Assembly: GCF_041146345.1 (NCBI RefSeq)
Contig: NW_027191411.1
Location: forward strand, 1,054,001 to 1,118,000
Reading direction: 5' to 3'
Length of the DNA stretch: 64,000 bases
Origin: Neodothiora populina
Lineage: Eukaryota
The notes under the pieces were generated by a model, which was not told the origin of the DNA, ran no database searches, and saw only the letters and a list, made by a program, of their open reading frames with translations. Numbering within the stretch: the first letter of the stretch is position 1; the number at the start of each line of letters is the position of its first letter. Shown here in pieces: positions 60,893 to 64,000 of this stretch. The translations under genes were made by a program, and so were the position numbers.

Positions 60893-62280
60893 ATGTTCAA
60901 CTGGGCAAAGCAACAGTCAGTGCTGGCTCCGAGCAAAGCAGAAGCAAAGCAGAAGCAAAGCAGAAGCAAAGCAGAAGCAAAGCAGAAGCAAAGCAGAAGC
61001 AAAACAGAAGCAAAGCAGAATCTGAGCCTAGACTGACCTTGGTTGTGTGTCCAATACAGACTCGCCAATGTCGCTGGCACTGCTGAGCCAGAGTATGGCC
61101 CTTCAGCCATCCAATCAGTCGCCGCACAAGACACTCCCTTCACCGAGCTGAAGAAGGAAGACATGAAGTGGTTCGTCATGGACTCGACCTGTGTTGAGAC
61201 GCAGACCTTCTACTTCACTGCCGACAGCGGCCATGTCGGTCTCGCCCAGGTTATCTACAGCAACGTTGCGTAAGACACACGGATGATCAACAACAGAAGG
61301 AGAAGAGCACTCTGCTGACCTCATGATTCAACAATAGCGGCATCCGAGTCACCTGCCAATTCAACACCAAGATCTTCTACCCCGACCGCAACACCCCCAA
61401 CCTCTGGTCATCCGACCCTCTCTCGGACTACGGTTTCGACGAGGAGAAGTACAACTTCCACGCCCAGGGCTGCTCTATCACCCTCTCTGAAGACGGCAAG
61501 AGTTATCACATCAAGTCGAGCACCAACACCAGGAGCGTCGTCGACCTCACCTTCTCCACCCTCTCGCCTGGCTTCGTTGTCGGCAAAGATGGCACCAGCT
61601 CATTCGGTACCGATCCCAAGGCCCCATGGGGCAAGATGAGACACTCTTTCTGGCCGAGATGCAAAGTCGAGGGTAGCATCATCACCCAGCAGGGTCCCAT
61701 CGATCTCCAGGGTCGTGGCATGTTCATCCACGCTCTCCAGGGCATGAAGCCCCACCACGCCGCCGCTCGCTGGACCTTTGGCAACTTCCAGTCTCCTACT
61801 TACAGTGCCATCATGATGGAGTACACCACTCCTCCCTCTTACGGCAACACTGTCGTCAACGTTGGTGGTATCGCTGTTGATGGCAAGATTCTCTATGCTG
61901 GCCCGACAAACACAGTCAAGCATACTGCTTCCCACGAGGATCCCGAATGTGGATGGCCTGCTCCCGACGCAATGGCCTTCAAATGGTCCAGCGCTGATGG
62001 TGCCGTAGAGGCCGAACTCTCTGGCGAGATGGGCGAGAGATGGGATCGTGTCGATATCATGGCTGAAGTTCCCAAGTTCGTCAAGCAGATTGTTGCCGGC
62101 GCTGCCGGAACCAAGCCATACATTTACCAGGTAATGAGACTCTCTTCTTCTGTATCGCTGTGTTTTTGCTAATTCTTCCTGCAGTACGGACCCAAGCTTG
62201 AGACGTTCAGGATCAAGGTCGATGGAGAAGAGAAGAGCGAGGCTGGTCAGCTCTTCACCGAAGCTACCTTCATCTCCTAG
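60893..62280 (+). CDS. SVF1: Survival factor 1
   Basis: [63 protein letters not shown] and EATFIS*. Introns 60916-61059, 61270-61337 and 62131-62184. Confidence 0.95.
60931..61020 (+). repeat. 11-bp minisatellite (AAGCAAAGCAG) x ~8 in SVF1 intron 1
   Basis: Near-perfect tandem gcaaagcagaa units, one with a G>A variant. Confidence 0.92.
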
Positions 62281-63709
62281 GATGTGAAGAAGGAGAAGCA
62301 CAAGAGAATTAGGGCCCCTTGAATGGACGAGAACAGGCTTGACAACGTTTTCTGTTGACCACGTTTTCGTACGGGGTGTAATGAGCACGCGATTCCCTCA
62401 CGGGAGTATCTCTTTGGTACATGTTGTAATGGGCTCCTTGGGTGGTTGTGATTGAATAAACCACCCAGAGACACACCTCTCACCTTTTCGTTATCGATCG
62501 TATATAATACCAGACATGCATATCTATTTTACATTATCATGTATGTCACAAATCAGACATGAACGGCCTCGGCAGCTTTCTCGTGACGATTATCATGTCT
62601 GTCACTGTTGCACAACACAACATCCCTGGATGACAAGAACGTCACAGAGAGCACAACGTGCTCAAACATTCCACGGCAAGGTGCATTGCATTGTGTACGA
62701 AGCCGTCTTGGCTGCCACGTGGGTGGTGCACTTCACTTCAAGCCTTCTTGCCTTAGACTTTGATCGAGGTTGATCATTCACTTCTGGGAAGGATCTCGTT
62801 TCTCCTAGGCTTACTCGAATTGTCACTCTCGCAACCTGTCTTTGCAATTTGCACAGCGGAGATGACGTGAAATTGCATCTACGGTGTCTGCTTTCGTAAC
62901 GGATCGATGGTCGTTGGGGTTGACATTCAGGCACTGTACGTCCTCAGCGAAGATGGGAGTCAATTTGGATAAGATGAGCATTATTGTGCTATCCGAGCAT
63001 CGAATTACATCATGAGGGCTCTGCGTATCAAGAAGACTTGGTGACTTGCAAGATGGTACAGACATCTATGCGATATACACGCGGAACAGCAACCTGAGAC
63101 TTACTCAAGTGCACCGATTACCGATGCCTCTATCAGCAAACAATTTGTTCTTCCTGACCGCTAAGTTTTCCAACACTGCATCGTACTGCTCCCATACATC
63201 TTTTATCGAGGTGAAAATTGGTTAAGGTACTCTGCATTGTCCTTTCGGAATGTCCAAATCAATCGAATGCGCTTGCAGATCGCTCGGCCATCCCACGTCT
63301 GACTCACATTTGCACACCGATTCTGTGGAGTTCCTCCCGAACACTTTCCCGCAATCGTTCCTTGACTTCCGTCGGGTTGCTCGTTTCTTGCCACCAGCTC
63401 CACACTATCCCCTCCTTTCTCCAGCTCCATGACACCCCATAATCTTGGCGATTGATTGTTGACAGACATGGACCAATGACCATGTCCGAGCAGAATAAGT
63501 ACTCGGTCCGCGATGGTTGTTGAGTGACAGCTGGTACTTGAAGTACTGGTACCGTATCACTATTGATAGCATATAAGCAATGCAGATGGATTGTCTTTCT
63601 TGCTTAGCGAGGATATAAAGTTGCTTACACCTGCTCTACATCAATGAGGGCCTTTTGAAGAATCAATCGATCACTGAAACCTTGACGTTCTGACGTTTCT
63701 ATATCCATC

Positions 63710-64000
63710 ATGTCTTCAAGCTCGTGGAATCACGGCTCATCCACCGCTGTAATCGAGCTCGAGCCTGTACATGTTCATCATCTACACGGGCTTGATCCGG
63801 CACCAAAGAGACCTTCTCTCCAGATCGTCACTCCAAGTGAGCGCGACGATGACATTGATAGTCAGCAGTCAGATAGAAACGAGTCACTCCCATCACCAAC
63901 CACATCGGGCCCGGAAGCTGCCGAAAAGTGGAATGGATCCAAAATGAATATTGCTCGCACATTTGCTGCGTTCTGGAGTTTCATCTTGATGGGCATGAAC
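63710..64000 (+). CDS. MFS transporter (Bsc6-like), 3'-truncated
   Basis: Open frame MSSSSWNH...EKWNGSKMNIARTFAAFWSFILMGMN, resembling the WN..N..R....F..F...G.ND N-terminus of this MFS group. Confidence 0.75.
   Translation, partial: MSSSSWNHGSSTAVIELEPVHVHHLHGLDPAPKRPSLQIVTPSERDDDIDSQQSDRNESLPSPTTSGPEAAEKWNGSKMNIARTFAAFWSFILMGMN

Overview
Gene-dense chromosomal segment from a filamentous ascomycete. Short GT-AG introns with CTRAC branch points and the protein content point to Pezizomycotina, and Dothideomycetes is my unverified guess. It holds about 26 protein-coding loci, mostly housekeeping: TBC Rab-GAP (partial), SDR mannitol/sorbose reductase, PEX12, NMD3, PPR-like protein, DUF866/CZIB, VAMP7-like SNARE, RPN1, RIO2, NRC-2/Kin82 kinase, DAD3, PPM2/TYW4-JmjC, PPS1-like phosphatase, GATase-like, GNAT-like, Zn2Cys6 TF, a second SDR, HAL-family kinase, SVF1 and an MFS transporter (partial). 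The standout is the ~1.5 kb stretch between DUF866 and the SNARE (~17340-18812, + strand), which has no credible protein-coding ORF. By hand it folds like a telomerase RNA: long-range 5'/3' arm, core-enclosing helix, template-boundary helix, pseudoknot, CR4/5-like junction and a putative terminal intron. Its template-position sequence ACCCUACCC predicts non-canonical (TAGGG)n telomeres instead of TTAGGG. Other observations: apparent +1 frame breaks in four loci, a MAPEG pseudogene, a GC-AG intron, two long end-paired introns and paired SreA-type GATA sites. All calls are by eye and from recalled family motifs; no searches or folding programs were run.
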